Below, piece after piece: positions 21,501-36,500 of a stretch of 53,445 nt of DNA; within the stretch, counting starts at the first letter, position 1, and each line of letters starts with the position of its first letter. Location: assembly GCA_046153645.1 (NCBI GenBank), contig JBJXGI010000086.1:1-53445 (forward strand). Direction: 5' to 3'. The translations under genes were made by a program, and so were the position numbers. Source of the DNA: Elusimicrobiota bacterium (GTDB lineage Bacteria; Elusimicrobiota; Elusimicrobia; F11). Below the pieces are notes generated by a model that was not told the origin of the DNA, made no database searches, and saw nothing but the letters and a program-made list of their open reading frames with translations.

Positions 21501-24500
21501 CCAACAGTTTATTTCCAAGATCCTTCTGGTGCAAATATCATCAGTACAACACTTCAAGGGAATATTTCAGTGGGGGATATTAATTTCGATGGGAGAATGG
21601 ATTTCGCCCTCGGTGGAAGAGACGAATTAGCTGAAGTGAAAGTGTTTCGTCTAAGCGCTAATGGTTTGTACGATACAACACCCCTTTCAACTGGCATTTC
21701 ACTTAGTTCTTCCACCTTTGTGTGGGGTGATGTTGATCATGATGGAAAAATGGATTTACTCGCTTCAGGTTACGATTCATCTTCTCAACCAAGATTTCTT
21801 CTTTTCTTTAATCAGGCGGGAACCTTATCTGCGCCGATTGAACCCTTGGCTCCTTTGTCTTTTGCTAATGGGTTAGCTCTCGGTGATTTGGATAATGATA
21901 AAGATTTAGATTTGGTTTTGTCAGGTAACAGAGGTTCTCAAGGTTACGTGCGAGTTTTGAAAAATGTCGTAAATCGAAATGCCAGTCAAAACAATAATGA
22001 ACCTGCTCAAGTTGTCGGGCAACCAGAAGTTCTAACTGGTTCCCAATTGACGATTAACTGGAATGCTCCAGCTGATGATAAAACACCAGGATCCGCATTG
22101 CTTTATGAACTTCGTATTGCCACTGATCCTGTTGCTTCAGCTACAAAATATGTTCGAAGTCCTTTCCCAGCCTCTCCTTTTATGGGACATGTCAGCACCA
22201 CCAGTATTAAATTAACAGTTCGAGATGCAGTTACTTATTACTGGTCTATTCGAGCCATTGACGCAGCTCTTCTTCCAGGTTCATGGAGTGCGCAACAACA
22301 ACGTTTTATTGGTGGAATTGCCCCCGCACAGATTGTTGATTTCAAAGCAGAAATTGGTATGCAAGTAAAACTAACTTGGACGGCCCCAGGCGCAGATGGC
22401 AATCAGGGGACTGCGTCTTCTTATGTGATTCGATATAGAGAAACTTCTGATCCCTCAAATCCACCAACATTCCCTACTGACCCTTCTTGGAAAGTTGTGA
22501 CTTCTCCAACCCCTAAAATTGCGGGTACAAAAGAAGAATGGGTTGTTTCAGGTTTAATCCCTGGTTCAAAATATCAATTTGGAATTTATGCCGTTGATGA
22601 TGCTGGCTTAACAGGAGCTGTTGCATTTTCTAGTACCGCAACGGCCTCTCATTTTGGAATCCAATTTTCTCCTTTTGGAAATGATTTTGGAATTGAGCGT
22701 GGTGATGTTGCATGGGGAGATATGGATGCCGATGGGAAAATGGACTTTATTGTCACTGGTGCCAGTAACACAACAAAAATAACACAAATGTATAGACAAA
22801 CCATAAATGGATTTGAATTATTTAGCAATCCTATTGCACCCACCAATTTTTTAGAGCTTGATTCAGGCTCACTTGCCATTGGCGATTTAGATAATAGTGA
22901 TTTGTATCTTGATTTTGCTGTGACTGGTCGAGATGCAAGTGGCGCTGAGCAACTAAAAATTTATCGTCAAATTCGTTTGCTTGAGTTTAATGAACAGACA
23001 TTACCTTACGGTGTATCAGATTCTTCATTGGCTTTCGGTGATGTAGATGGAGATGGCGATCAAGACTTAGCCATCATGGGAACTCATAATTTTGGGTCTT
23101 CTTATCGATTATTAGTTTTAAAAAATAGGGGTGTGGCTTTAGGTTTAGCTTACGATAGTAATTGGGATTTAAGTACAAGCTCTGGGTGTTCTCAAGGACA
23201 GATCCAATTTGTTGATATTAATAATGATGCCAAATTGGATCTAGTGGTTTTAGGAAGAAGAAATTCTGATTCATTTTTGAAAGTTTGGCTTAATACCGGA
23301 AATCCAATCCAACCTTACAACAGTGCCCTGAATATTGATACCGCTAATTTTTCCTTTGGAAGTTTAGCCGCCGCTGATTATGATAATGATGGTGATATCG
23401 ATTTGATTTCAAATATTTCAGGCCAACCAAGAATTTATCGCAATCAACTTAAAGAAACAGGAAATTTGGTTTTTACAACTCTCAATTTAGGTTTACCGGG
23501 TCTTCGTTCCGGCCGTGTGGCTTGGGCAGATGTTAATTCTGATGGATTCCTTGATTTAATTTATAACGGTACCACCGGTTCTGTTCGAAGAATGTTGGTT
23601 GTTCCTCAATCTATCGCTTCAGGAGCGGGGGGACAACAAAGTGTGGGGTTTGATTCTTCTAAAGCTCAAGATCTCTTCGGTGCACAAAATGGAATTGAGA
23701 ACGCTTCTTTAGCGATGGCTGATTATGATCTTGATGGTGATCCTGATTTATTATTAATCGGGAGAAACAGTTCACTTCCTACCACAAGGAAATTCCTTTT
23801 ATTGAAAAACTTTGATATTGATCCCATCCGTCCTGGTCGATCGAATCCTATCCCCAGTGTGCCGCAATCTTCAGGCGTCACATTTCAATATGATGGAAAT
23901 CAACTGAATGTTCGATGGAATCCATCAACAGATGTGAATGCTGAGACAAATTCATTAACGAACTCACTTTATTATGCGGTACAAATTAAATCTTTTAATG
24001 AAAGCGCTACTTTTGTTTCCGGTTCTTATGGCACACCTATGTTGGGTTCATTTATTCGTCCTCCTCTTATAGGGGGGAAATTACAATATTCCATTTCAGG
24101 TCTTCCCGGGTCTGGCGGCAGCTACAAAGTTTTCTTAAAAAGCATAGATTCAAGTTTACAACCCGGCAACTGGTCCAGTGCCGCTCCTGTTACTTTGGAG
24201 GAAGTGAGTCGTCCTCTTAATGTTGTGGGAACTCCCAATAGTTATAGTCAAATTACTTGGTCTTGGGATCCGCCACTTCAGGCTTCTGGTTTATTGGGTT
24301 ATAGAGTTGTAACGACTTCTGGTGTGGCTGTTTCTCCAAATCTTCCTATTAGTTCAACTTCATGGCAAGAGTCAGGTTTGTTATCAAATACGCTTTATCA
24401 AAGACGAGTAGAAGCTTTCAACCTTGTGATGACATCGGCTTCCGTTATTGCCTCTACCAGGACTTTGGTGAGAACTTTTGATGGTGTTCCCAATGCGCCT

Positions 24501-27500
24501 ATTAATTTTTCTGCCATACTTTTATCAAACACCACGGATTATCAATTTATCAGACTGAATTGGGAAGACACAAGTCCAACGGTTTCGCCCAATGATTTTC
24601 AAGCAGAAGGGTATATTGTAGAGCGATCGACTCTCCTTGCCGGGCCTTATAGCCAAATCGCCAGTGTTGTTCCAGCTACAACAACTTATTTAGATCAAGG
24701 ATTAATGCCGAATACCTCCTATTATTACAGAGTATTTGGTTTTAATGCAGTTGGTTTAAGTTCATCTTCTTTGGTGGCGGTAAGAATGACTCGCTCGCAA
24801 AAACCAGTGAATCCTGTTTTCTTCTCCGCTCATTCCAGCTCTATAACAGTTAATTGGTTAACAGATCATCCTGTGGGAAGCCGATTCGAATTACACATGG
24901 CGACTTCTTCAGATTTCTCAGGAATTATTTATTCTTCTATTAATGTGAAAGCACTTTCACAGCAATCAATGATTGGGGTTGTCACCTCGCTCCCTTCATT
25001 AACAACTTTTTATGCTCGAGTTAGATCGCTCTCGGACGCAATCGATTTGCCGCCTTCCGCAACTGATTTTGTTAATGTCCCGGGTTTCAGTGTTACCTTG
25101 GCGCCCGTTATTAATTTATCAAAACCAGTTATTAATCAAGTAAGGCATCTACCCAATCCCATAGATTATTCAAAGTTAGAAATTCTTTGGAGTACAGTTT
25201 CATTGGCGCAAACATATTTATTAGAGAGAAGTTTATCTCCTAATATTGGTTATATTTCAATTGCCACCTTGAATGACCCCACGACCTATTATGTTGACCC
25301 TGGTGTTTTAATTGCAGATAGTTCTTATTATTACCGTTTAACAGCTCAGGCAGGGAATAACGTTTCTCCTAAATCTGATGTGAAAGCTCTTCGCACCAAA
25401 TCAGCTCCTGTTTTATCTTGGGCTCCATTTAGCGTTTTTCAATCAAGCATGATTGTTCAATGGTCAGCGCCCAATAATCCAGCGACTGTTCGATACGATC
25501 TCATTCGTTCAACCAATAATTTCCAGACTGTTCAAAGCACCACATTGGCGAGTTCAACTTCTTCTATCCAAGGGGGAATTTTCTCCTCTCCACTTGTTCC
25601 CAATACAACCTATTATTTTAATGTGAGGTCTTCAAACCGAGATAATATCGTCTCATCTAATTTCTTGGATGTTCCCGTTATCTCAAGTGTCACTTTAGCG
25701 GCTCAACCAAATGCGGGCAATTACACAAATGTTGGAGCAGATTATTTGACTGCAAATTGGACAAGTATTAATCCTAATAACACTTTATTCATCGTCCAAA
25801 TTTCCTCTGATTCAAATTTCCTTCAAAACGTTATTGAACTTAATACCCAATCCAATAGCGCGATTTTCTCATCATTAGAGTTCGATACAGATTATTTTGG
25901 CCGGGTCAGAGCCATAAATCATTCTGGAATTCCGACTCAATGGAGGTTACTGGGAAGTACGAGAACACTTCCGAGCGGGGCGCAACTTCCTCGTCCAACT
26001 AATTTAGTTTTAACAGTTCTATCATCTGAAACCATTCGTTTAAATTGGTTAGATAATTCATCGAATGAAAGCGCTTTTGCTGTTGATAGAAGTGCTGATG
26101 GAACCAATTGGATCACCATCTCAACAAGTATTCCTTTAAATACAACAACCTATGACAATACGCAGCTTAATCCCAATTCAACTTATTATTATCGTGTCCG
26201 AGCGATAAATCCTCCTTTTACTTCGCTTCCTTCTGATCCAGCAGTGGCTGTTACGTTGGCTGATAATCCTAGGGCATCAGTTGTTCCTTTTATTGTTTAT
26301 GAGACCAGCATGACTGTCAATTGGTTGGCGGCCAATAATCCTTTTAACACCAATTATGAAGTGAGATGGTCATCCGCCGGTAATTTCTCTTCTCAAAATG
26401 TGGGCGCCACTTTAGCTGCTTCGCTCACTGGTCTTTTGGTCAACACAACCTATCAGGTAGATGTCAGAGCACTTAATTTCGCAAATCCTAGTGTTCCCAC
26501 AAATTGGGTTAATTTGGGATCACGTGCAACCCGAGCTGTGAACGTTAGCTCTATTAGTATTTCACCTGTTTACATTTCGAGTGTGGTTGTTAATTATAAT
26601 GTGGGAAGTAATCCCGCCGGAACTCGTTTCGAAATAAATGCTTCAACTGAAATTACTTTTACGCAGATTGCGACCTATCATACAACCAACGACATTAATT
26701 CAACGATTGTTTCCGGTTTAGCGGGCGGGACAACTTATTATTTCAGAATAAGAGCGATTAATCACGGTGGCCTTCCCACCGTTTGGACTGTATTTGGAAA
26801 TTCAATTAGAACCAATGATCCGCCATTCCCACCTATACCCCCAACAGGATTTAGTTTCACAGCTGTATCGAGTTCTACAATTTCAACTCAATGGAATCCT
26901 TTGGTGGGAGCGACTGATTATAAACTTCGCCGCCGATTAAATGGAGGGACGCCTGTTGAGTTTTTAGTTGGGGGAGCCATTAATAGCTATACAGATGGTT
27001 TAATTTTAGCGTTATTACCTAATACCACTTATGGTTATCAGTTAATGGGAATTGATGGTCAATTTAGCACGCTTCCAACCGTTGAGATTACAACGGCAAC
27101 ATTGGCCGCGCTTCCCGGTGCGCTTACTTCATTGAGTGTTACTTCTTCTCAGATATTAGCGTCTTGGAATAGTAATGGTAATCCTTTAGATACCACTTAT
27201 GTTGTCGAAGTTGACTCAGGCTCTATTTCTTTTGTGACGGTGAGTTCTCCTGCTATGTCAATTTCAAATTTAACTCCCAATACCAATGTGAGTTTAAGAG
27301 TGAAAGCGAAAAATAGATCAGGTATTGAAACGGCATTTACACTTTTAACAACGACGGTGACAAAAGCGGCTCTTCCTTCGCCTGTTCAGAAAGATGTGTT
27401 CACAAGTTCTTTTAGTGTGGTTTGGGGAAGAAATGGAAATCCTTTAAATACAATTTATGAAATCAATGTGACAACGGGGACGGGTTCTGTTTTCTTTTTA

Positions 27501-30500
27501 TCTACAACTTCATCTCGAGCAGATGTCCCAGCAGTGCCTAATACCAGTTATTATTTTATTTTAAGTGCGATTAACAGTGCTGGAGACCGAGTATCACTTC
27601 CACAAGACACTTTAGTTACCAAGCCCGCTCGTGTGGCCGATGCCACCTTAAGAATTTTTGTCAGTTCTGCTGATGTTCAGATTATTAATGCAAATGGAAA
27701 CCCCTCAGACACAATATACCGATTGACCATTACAACTCCTTCTCGCTCGAATGAAGGTGTGGGGCCTGGGCCTATTGCAGTTGCTGGTTTAACGGCAAAT
27801 ACAACTTATTCCTATCAGTTGGTGACTGTTGGTCGAAGCGGGTTGTTATCGGCGCCTTATGTATTACCTTCCAGTCCGACACTTTCGGCTCCTCCCATAA
27901 ACGGTCAGATTGTGTTGAGAGGTGTGAGTTTCATTAATGCTTCTTGGGCAGCCAATGGAAACCCTGTCAACACGCTATATGAAATGGAGACCATTGAACA
28001 AGGACAGTTTTCAGGAGTTCTTTCACCACGCTCAATCAACCTTAATGCTCAAGGAACACCTCTACAAGCTGACACTTTCTATACGTTAAGGTCACGTTCA
28101 ATAAATCATTCTGGGATTGTTTCTGATTGGACAACGATTGCTACGACATCAACACTTCCAACAAGCACATTAATTTCATCTCCTACTAATGTGGTTGTCA
28201 CGCCACCTGTGGACGGAGTAACAACTCCCAAACTTACTTTAACATGGGATCCTGTTATTAATCCGAATGTTCCTGACCGGTATATTATTTTCAGAGTTCA
28301 AAGCGGTCTTATCCAAATTGGGACCACTTCATTTTTAAATGAAATTTTTGTGGATACCGGAAGTGTGACAGCACCCATGGTTCCTAATACAGAATATTCA
28401 TATAGAGTTGCCGCAGGAACGGGTGCCGTGGTGGCTTATTCGAGTGTCGTGTCTTCGGCTACCTATGCGGTGCAACCGACATTATCATCTACCCTACCAA
28501 CAGCAACGACAGGAAGTATCACTGTTTTTTGGGCTGATAGCGTGAATCCGAATACACCCAATTATCGAGTTGAATTATCGAGTAATAATTTTGTGAGCCT
28601 CTTACAAACACAAGTAACACCCTTTAAACAAATTACTTTTGGAGGACTGACTCCGAACACTTCTTATTACACAAGAGTAAGAACCATTAATATTCGAGGG
28701 ATCGCCACTCCCGCAACTCTTTTACCTATTAAGGTGACTTTGGCAACTCCTGTTGTTGTGGGTGTTCCACCGTTTGGAACCGTCAATTCACATTCGATTG
28801 AAGCTCGCTGGATTAGCAATAACCCAGCCAATACAACTTACTTAATTGACACCACTTGGAGTGGGGGGAATGGCCCATCAAGTCTCACTCAAAATCAGTC
28901 AAGTGGTGTGGTTAGTGGTTTATTCCCCAATACACTTTACAACGTGTTTGTTCGCGCGATAAATCATGAGGGAATATCCACTACTCAAACTCTAATTGGT
29001 TCGACAAGAACACTGGCCAGCGTTAATATTTCATCTCCAACAAATTTGATTGTAACTCGCCCAGCAGCTTCTATTTCAGATCGATTGATTTTACAATGGC
29101 AAGATAATTCTTCAGGAGTTAATGAAGAAGATGAATTTGCCATCTGGCAGCAAGCTCAAGGCGGACCGGTTGTTTTGGTCGCAACGGCTCCGGCTGTATT
29201 AGGTCAAGGAACGACTACTTCATTTACGGTCACCAATTTAAATCCCAACACGCGATATTATTATTATGTTGTTGCTCGTAAATTTACCGGTGGCGTTTGG
29301 GAAAGTTCATTGCCTTCCAATACCGATGACGAAATCACTTGGGCTCAAATTCCCGTATGGAGTGCGCCTTTTATTAATCGGACTGATAAATCTATCACTG
29401 GGTTTTGGTCACAGGGATCCAATCCTTTGGGAACACGTTACCGCTTAGAAGTTTCCAGTGATTCGTTTAATCTTATTTCATCAAGTGAAACCTCTGGTTT
29501 GTCGGCACGAGTAGATGGTTTGTTATCGAACGCTATTTATCAAATGCGGGTTCGTGCCATTGACCCTGCCCCTGGATTATTTTCAACACTACAAACTACA
29601 AACACACTCGCGGCTGTTCCGGGTTTTGTTTTTGTGGGAGAACCATTTACTTCTTATGTTTCTTCTATAACAGCACGTTGGTCTTCAAATGAAAATGTTT
29701 CTGATACCACCTATCGGTTGCAAGCTTATTTGGATGAAGCATTAACCCAATTTGTTGGAAGTCAAGACACCCTTAATACAAGCGCGAATATAGCTGGGCT
29801 TTTGCCAAATACAAGTTATTGGTTTACCGTAAAAGCCGCCCATCGTGATGGGGGATATTCTGATGTTCAATTGTTGGGGGTTGCTGTTACTTTGCCAACC
29901 ACATTTGGGTTTACGGCAAACCCCTCTTCAAGCGCAACTTGGTATGGAAAAAACACTCTGATTGGGTACGCCAGTTTTACTTTTACTTCTAATGGGTATC
30001 CAACCAGTTTTGATTATGTGAGATACATTTGGTTGCCCTCTCAGCCCAGTTTTGTTTGGCCATCGGATTTAAATCAAAATAATATCCCCAATATTTGGCG
30101 ACCTGATCAGGGGCCGCTGGTTATTATTTCCAGCTATAGCGGACAATTTTATCTTCATATGAAGGGATACAATTATGCGGGGCAAAGTCATGTGGGCGCA
30201 GAAATTTCTACGGGCGCTTTCAAAGTAGATTTAGATATTCCCAGCCCCAATCCTTCTGCGTTTTTAAATGTGATTCGAAGTACAGACAGCATTGTTTGGG
30301 AGGGCCAATTCACGACGGATGCTGGAGACCCCAACGGTTCTGGCTTTGACGCATATGGCTGGACGTTTAATGCTGGAACAGAACAATTTTTAAGTTCGTC
30401 TGTATTAACGACGAATGGATTATTAGCCAACACGAGTTATGCCATGATGTTACGAGCAAGAGATTTTGCCGTTCCAGCCAACTACACATTACCCGCCTCA

Positions 30501-33500
30501 TCTAGTGCTGTTACACTTCAAAACAAACCAACGGGAGTGAATATCATTTCTGTTTATTTAAGTAGCGCTGTTGTTAATGTATTGGGCACATTCCCGAATA
30601 TCACTGTTGGTAGTTCAGGTATTCAAGTAAAAATGGTTACAGCAGGGGCTACGGTTTATTCAAATATTTCTCAAACCACGACCATTGGAATTTCCAGTCT
30701 TCTTGGTAACACTTTTTATGATGTTTACGCTCGAGCCTTTAATCAGGAAGGAATCGCGACTGATTGGACAGTTCCTGTTTCAACTGTGACGTTAGGAACT
30801 CGTCCTGATATTACGGCGGATAAGCCAGTTTATCCACCTTCTATTTATCCTGGAAATACACTGGTTCGATTTGCTGATAGCGGCGCATTTGATAGAGGCG
30901 AGGTGGCGTACTATCGGTTCATCATGAATGAATCAGATCGAGAGCCATCTCAAATTGAATTTTTAACCTTGGGTGTTCAAATTAATGCGGGGACTTGGAG
31001 CCACTTATTGGTGAGAAGTCAAATTGCCTATGCCCATGTGAGAAGTTATACCGTTGCCGGAGGTTCTCTCCCGGGTGATTATCAGCAGTTGGGCCCTTGG
31101 GTTATTGACGCAGATCCGCCCTTTATTGTTGGTGCTTCGAGCGTTCAAGTGCATGGAATTTCTAGCATGACATTCACCGCAGGTGAAGCCGAAGATATTG
31201 GGTTGGCCGGTTTTGGTCTTGACCGCACATCATTTGATGCCGGGTTAACATGGGTTGCAACAAATACACTAACGAGAACAAGTTTAACTCCCAATACTTC
31301 TTACTTTGCTGATATTACTGTTCGTGATGCTGTGGGAAACCAATCCGTTCCTCCCGTTCGCATAGGAGCTTATACTTATCAAAATACACCTACGGGAATT
31401 ACTATTCTCAATCGAAGAGGCAAACAAATTGTTGTTGGTGGTTTGGGCGTATTTCCGAATTTGACCACATTACAATCAGGATTATTATTTGACACCCTCC
31501 CTTCTATTAATCCCGCATGGGTTCAGGTAAATGAAGCGACGTTCACATTTTTAAATTACAACTCTTCTTATACCTTTGTTGTTAAGGCAAGAAATGCTGA
31601 CGGCATTGAAACAGCTTTTAGCCCGCCCTCTTCTGCTTGGACATTAGCAAGCCCTCCAAGGGTAAGCCCCTTCCAAGGCGTTGAAAGAGATTGGACCACC
31701 AATCCCATATTTATTTTCCGCGCACTTGAGTTGCCTTCTACCGGTACTTACACAAACTATTTGGTCAAATGGACAACGGCCTCAACATATAATTTTAATG
31801 GGTCAGAAACAGTTTGGACACCTTCAGCGCTCAACGATAAAATCTCACTAACCGCAACTCAATCAGGGAAATGGTATTTCTATGTTCGTTCTGTTAATAA
31901 TGTAGGAGATTTGGCTGAGCCTGACGCGAATGATGTTTTAAGTTGGTTTGGGTATGATGTTGAACCACCTTTGCCTGCCGCCTTCGATACTCCTGAAACA
32001 GGTCCTACGTTTATTACATTTAGAGCGTCTCTATCAAGTACCGATACACTCTCTGGTTTGCATTCCTCTCCTTATATATGGAGAGCCCAAGTGGGAACAG
32101 AAACTTTTACAGCAGATCGAAGCTCAACAACATTTGGGTTAATACCCAATACACCCTACACCATAGGACTCCGTTTAAGAGACGTTCTTCTTAATCGAAC
32201 GGCGGAAGTATTTCAAACCACTTATACACTTGCGGCAACGCCAAGAAGTTTTCCCAATTCATATCAGGTTTATTTAACTTCTGTTTCTGTTGAGTGGCTC
32301 ACCAATGGAAACCCAGTGGGAACAGAATATAAAGCTCAGCTTTCTCAAGTGTCTAATTTCTCTTCTATCTTACAATCGTCGATGACGGTCAGTTCGTTGG
32401 CGGTTTTTGGTCTTTCTCCAGCGGCGCCCTTGATTCCAAATACCACTTATTATTTGAGAGTCAATGCAAAAAATCAGGTTAATATAGAAACCACTTTTGT
32501 TGAATTGGCCACAGTAACAACAAGAGCGGTTCCACCTCAAGTAGTGGTTTCCACGAATATTGGAAATCCCAATGAGCCTGCCTTGGAGGGAGGTTCTTAT
32601 CCTGGTGGAACAACATTTATTTCTAAAACTCTTATTCCTTTTGGTCCGGGCACGGTTGAATATTATCGATATATTTGGAGTACCAATCCCAATTATGGTC
32701 CTTTCTCTGGTCTTGAAACCAAATGGGATAACGCCGGTGTTAATATCAGCACAACCATTGTTATGAATGGGGATTATTATTTCCATGTGGCCTCCTACCG
32801 TGGAGGAACCTTGTCTGCTTCTGAAGTTGTGACGAGCACCAAGGTGGGGCCCTTTAGAATTTTTGCTACAACCGAAGGCGAGCCTTTTGTTGAAGCGGTT
32901 CAGATCACAACAACGAGTGTCAGATGGCGACAGAGAAAAGCCACTCCTGCCAATTTTGATGGAACCATTGCACATTATGGTTTTGCCTTAGAAAACAGTG
33001 CCACCACTTGGGTTCAAGTTCCATTAGCAGAATCAATTATTGATCATACCTCACAGCCTTTAATTCCAAATACAACTTACGCGATGTATGCCTATTTGCG
33101 ACCCACTGTAGGCCCCATAACAGGACCTTCAACGGCAACAGCTGTTACTCATCAACTCACACCAACGGGTGTTTCATTTGATGTTGTTAATGAATCGAGT
33201 GTGACAATGCAAGCTCTGGGAATCTTCTTTAATGTGGATAAACCTTTCAGTGGATTTTTATTTACGCAAAGTGGTGGAGGTGATTCACCTTGGGTTAATG
33301 TCACAACCTGGACAGCCCAATCATTGTCAGCTAATACTCTTTATTCATTTGCTGTGAAAGCGCGCAATCAAGTTCGAGTTGAAACAGATTTTTCTCCCGT
33401 GGCTTCAACCACAACTTTGGCCAAAGCGCCAACTCGGTTAACCATTTTGGCCGATACCGATCTTGGTGGTTTTCCAGAACATGCAGAGGGTGGTTATTAT

Positions 33501-36500
33501 TCATTAGGAAAAGTGTTCCGCTTTATTAATGAAGCTGGGTGGGGCGTGGGAAATGTAGAGTACTATCAAGTTGTCACCACAACACGAACCAATATTAATA
33601 TGAGTGAGTTTGACGAACCTTCCGCGGCTCGCTGGACAACGCAGAAATTCTCAACTCAACCGGTGAGTGCTGGTTCTTATTATGTTTATTTCCGCTCTTA
33701 TAACAGCGCTGCCGTCGGTGGACCTGTGATCCTTCGTTATGGACCGCTTCATATTGATGATCAAGCCCCCACTCCCAATCCGCCTCAAATCGCTGGTGTG
33801 ACAGTTTATTCTAGCAGCGTAACGTGGGTTGCGGTGACGGCATCGGATAGTGGTTCAGGTCTTCCTCCTCAACCTTATAATTTTATTTACCCAGATCCTT
33901 CTGGTTGGAGAGGTTCTACTTTTATTCAAACTGAACACCGCCCGAATGTTCCGATTCGTCCGAATGAGAGGGTGAATATTAATTTGGTTGTTAGAGACAG
34001 AGTTGGCAATGAAACTCAGGCCACTTCTAGTTTCACCTATACATTGGCCGAAACTCCGGTTATTCAATTGGGTTCTTTTAACATATTTAATACCTCCGCC
34101 ACTTTTGCGTGGGACCGATTACAAAATTCTTCATTCACAACTTATGAAATGGGTTATTCAACAGATTCTAATTTAAGTCCTGTTACTTTGATTAGTGCGG
34201 GGGTTAACAGCAGCTCGGGTGTTGTAACCGGATTACAAATTGGTACCACATATTATTTCGCAGTTCGTGCCATTAATTTTCAAAATATGAGAACTCCGTG
34301 GTCCAATATTGTTAGTGGCGTGACAGATAACAATGTTTTACCTCCTGTTATTATTTCACCTTTGGTGGTTTATCTTAGTTCTGTAACGATGTCTTGGGTT
34401 GATTACAATTCTCCTGGGACTGTGTTTGAAGTGTTATCAAATACCGGTAGTGGTTTGGTTGTGCCTGGAACACCGACGCTTTTGGGGACAGTTTTTACTT
34501 ATACATTTAATGCGTTAACCCCCAATACCACTTATTCCTTTGGGGTGAGAGCTAAAACCTTGAACAATATTTTCAGTACTTATGCGGCAACATCGACCGC
34601 CACTTTAGCTGATCTTCCTTTAATAGATTCGCTCACTGTATTTTTCACTTCCGCGACGGGGAATTGGACTGCGGGCTTAAACCCTGTGGGGACTCAATAT
34701 GAATTAAGAGCTTCTTCTGTCTCTACAATGAACGGAACCTTTGATATTTCAACGGTTGTAACTTCAACGAGTGCGAACTTGGTTGATTTAACTCCAGATA
34801 CGTCTTATTTCTTTGCGGTAAGAGCCATTAATCATGGGGGAATTCCCACAGCATGGGTTTCGTATGGAGTCAGAAATACATTGGTTTCACCACCCGTGGC
34901 GCCCATTGCCTACACTGATATCACGCCTTCTTCTCTTAAGGTTAACTGGAATAATGGTGGTAATCCTGCATGGGTTGAATATTTAATTGAACGATCTCAA
35001 GATAATTTTGCCACAGCAGCGGAAGCCTCTTCTACAACAACCAATATTTATTTATCAACGGATAGCTTGAGTTATAACACCACTTACTATTTCCGTGGAA
35101 AATCAATCGGTCGTTTATCGACTTCAGCTTTTGTTCCATTTGGAGCGGTGGTAACAAAGGCGACAACGCCTGTTCCTGGTTCTTTGGTGCCAAGTACCAC
35201 TTCAATTTTAGCGAGCTGGTTAACCAATGGAAACCCAGCTTGGACGGAGTATTATGCGGAAGCCTCAAATAACCCCGCTTTTGTTGGAATTCCGGGAGGA
35301 ACGGATTTAATTCGCTCTTCGAATGTCACAGGATCCTTCGTCAATATTGAAGGCTTAAGATCCAATACAACTTATTGGGTGAGAGTGGTTGCGGTTAATA
35401 GTCTTGGCGTTACTTCCTCGCCTGCCAATTACCCTGCGCCTGTTGTCACATTTGCAATTCAACCTGTTTCACCTTCTTTCAGAGCGAAGTGGAAATCAAC
35501 TCTCGGAAATTATGTTGAAATTACCGTCAGTGGTGGCGATCAAAATCCTGACAACACGCTTTATGCCATTTATAATTCCAGCTTAAATGTTTATTTTTCT
35601 GGAGACGGTTTAGGGGGAACTTCTCTTGCACCTGTATGGTTTACGCGCGATGAATGGGCTCGTGATATTAATGGGGCTACAATTCTTCCCATTCGAGCCA
35701 CTCAAGGCAATTTAACGCCTTGGACTTATTTTGAATTTAAAGTAAAAGCCAAAAATCATGCGGAATTTGAAACATTATTATCATCGGCTTCTCTTGTGCG
35801 AACGGTTCCAGCTCAGCCCAACGTAACGGCAAGTATTTTAAATAATGATCAGGTTCGCTTGTTATGGACTCAAAGTATTGTGGGGGCTCAAGAGTTTAAA
35901 GCTTATGTTTCAGAGCCCGCCAATCAGTCCACCAATTTTGTTCCTTACTTCACCTATGTTTTGCCAGCAGAACCTGGGGTTTATTATTTAGATCGTGATG
36001 GAGGGAATAATATTCCTGGAGGAGTCAATCAAGCTCGTCATGATACCACAGGAGGAATTCCAGGAAACGCTTCCCCACTAGGGTTTGTTTCAGCTACGAC
36101 AGGAACTGTGACATTTAATTGGACAGAAGTATCTAATCCAGCACCGGCAGCAACCCATTATTATTATATTGTCGGGATGAGCGACTTTGATGAAGAGGGT
36201 GAGCCTTCCGCCATTGTTTCAGATCAAGTCAGGCCCATTATCGCTAGTTATGAAATTGTGGGAGAAAAAAATAAACTCGATCAGCCCGGTGGTTTGCCTT
36301 ACAGTTTCTCGGCTCCTGCAGCGTCATCTGGAACAGTTAATAATATTTCAGCAAATACGCAACTTCTTGTGAGAGTTAAACCAAAATCATCTGATGATCA
36401 ATTGCTTGGGCCTCAATCGAATTTGGTTGAAGCTTGGTCACTGGCAAAGGCGCCAACTGATGTAACAGTTTCAAATGGTTATGACGAATCGCATAAAATT

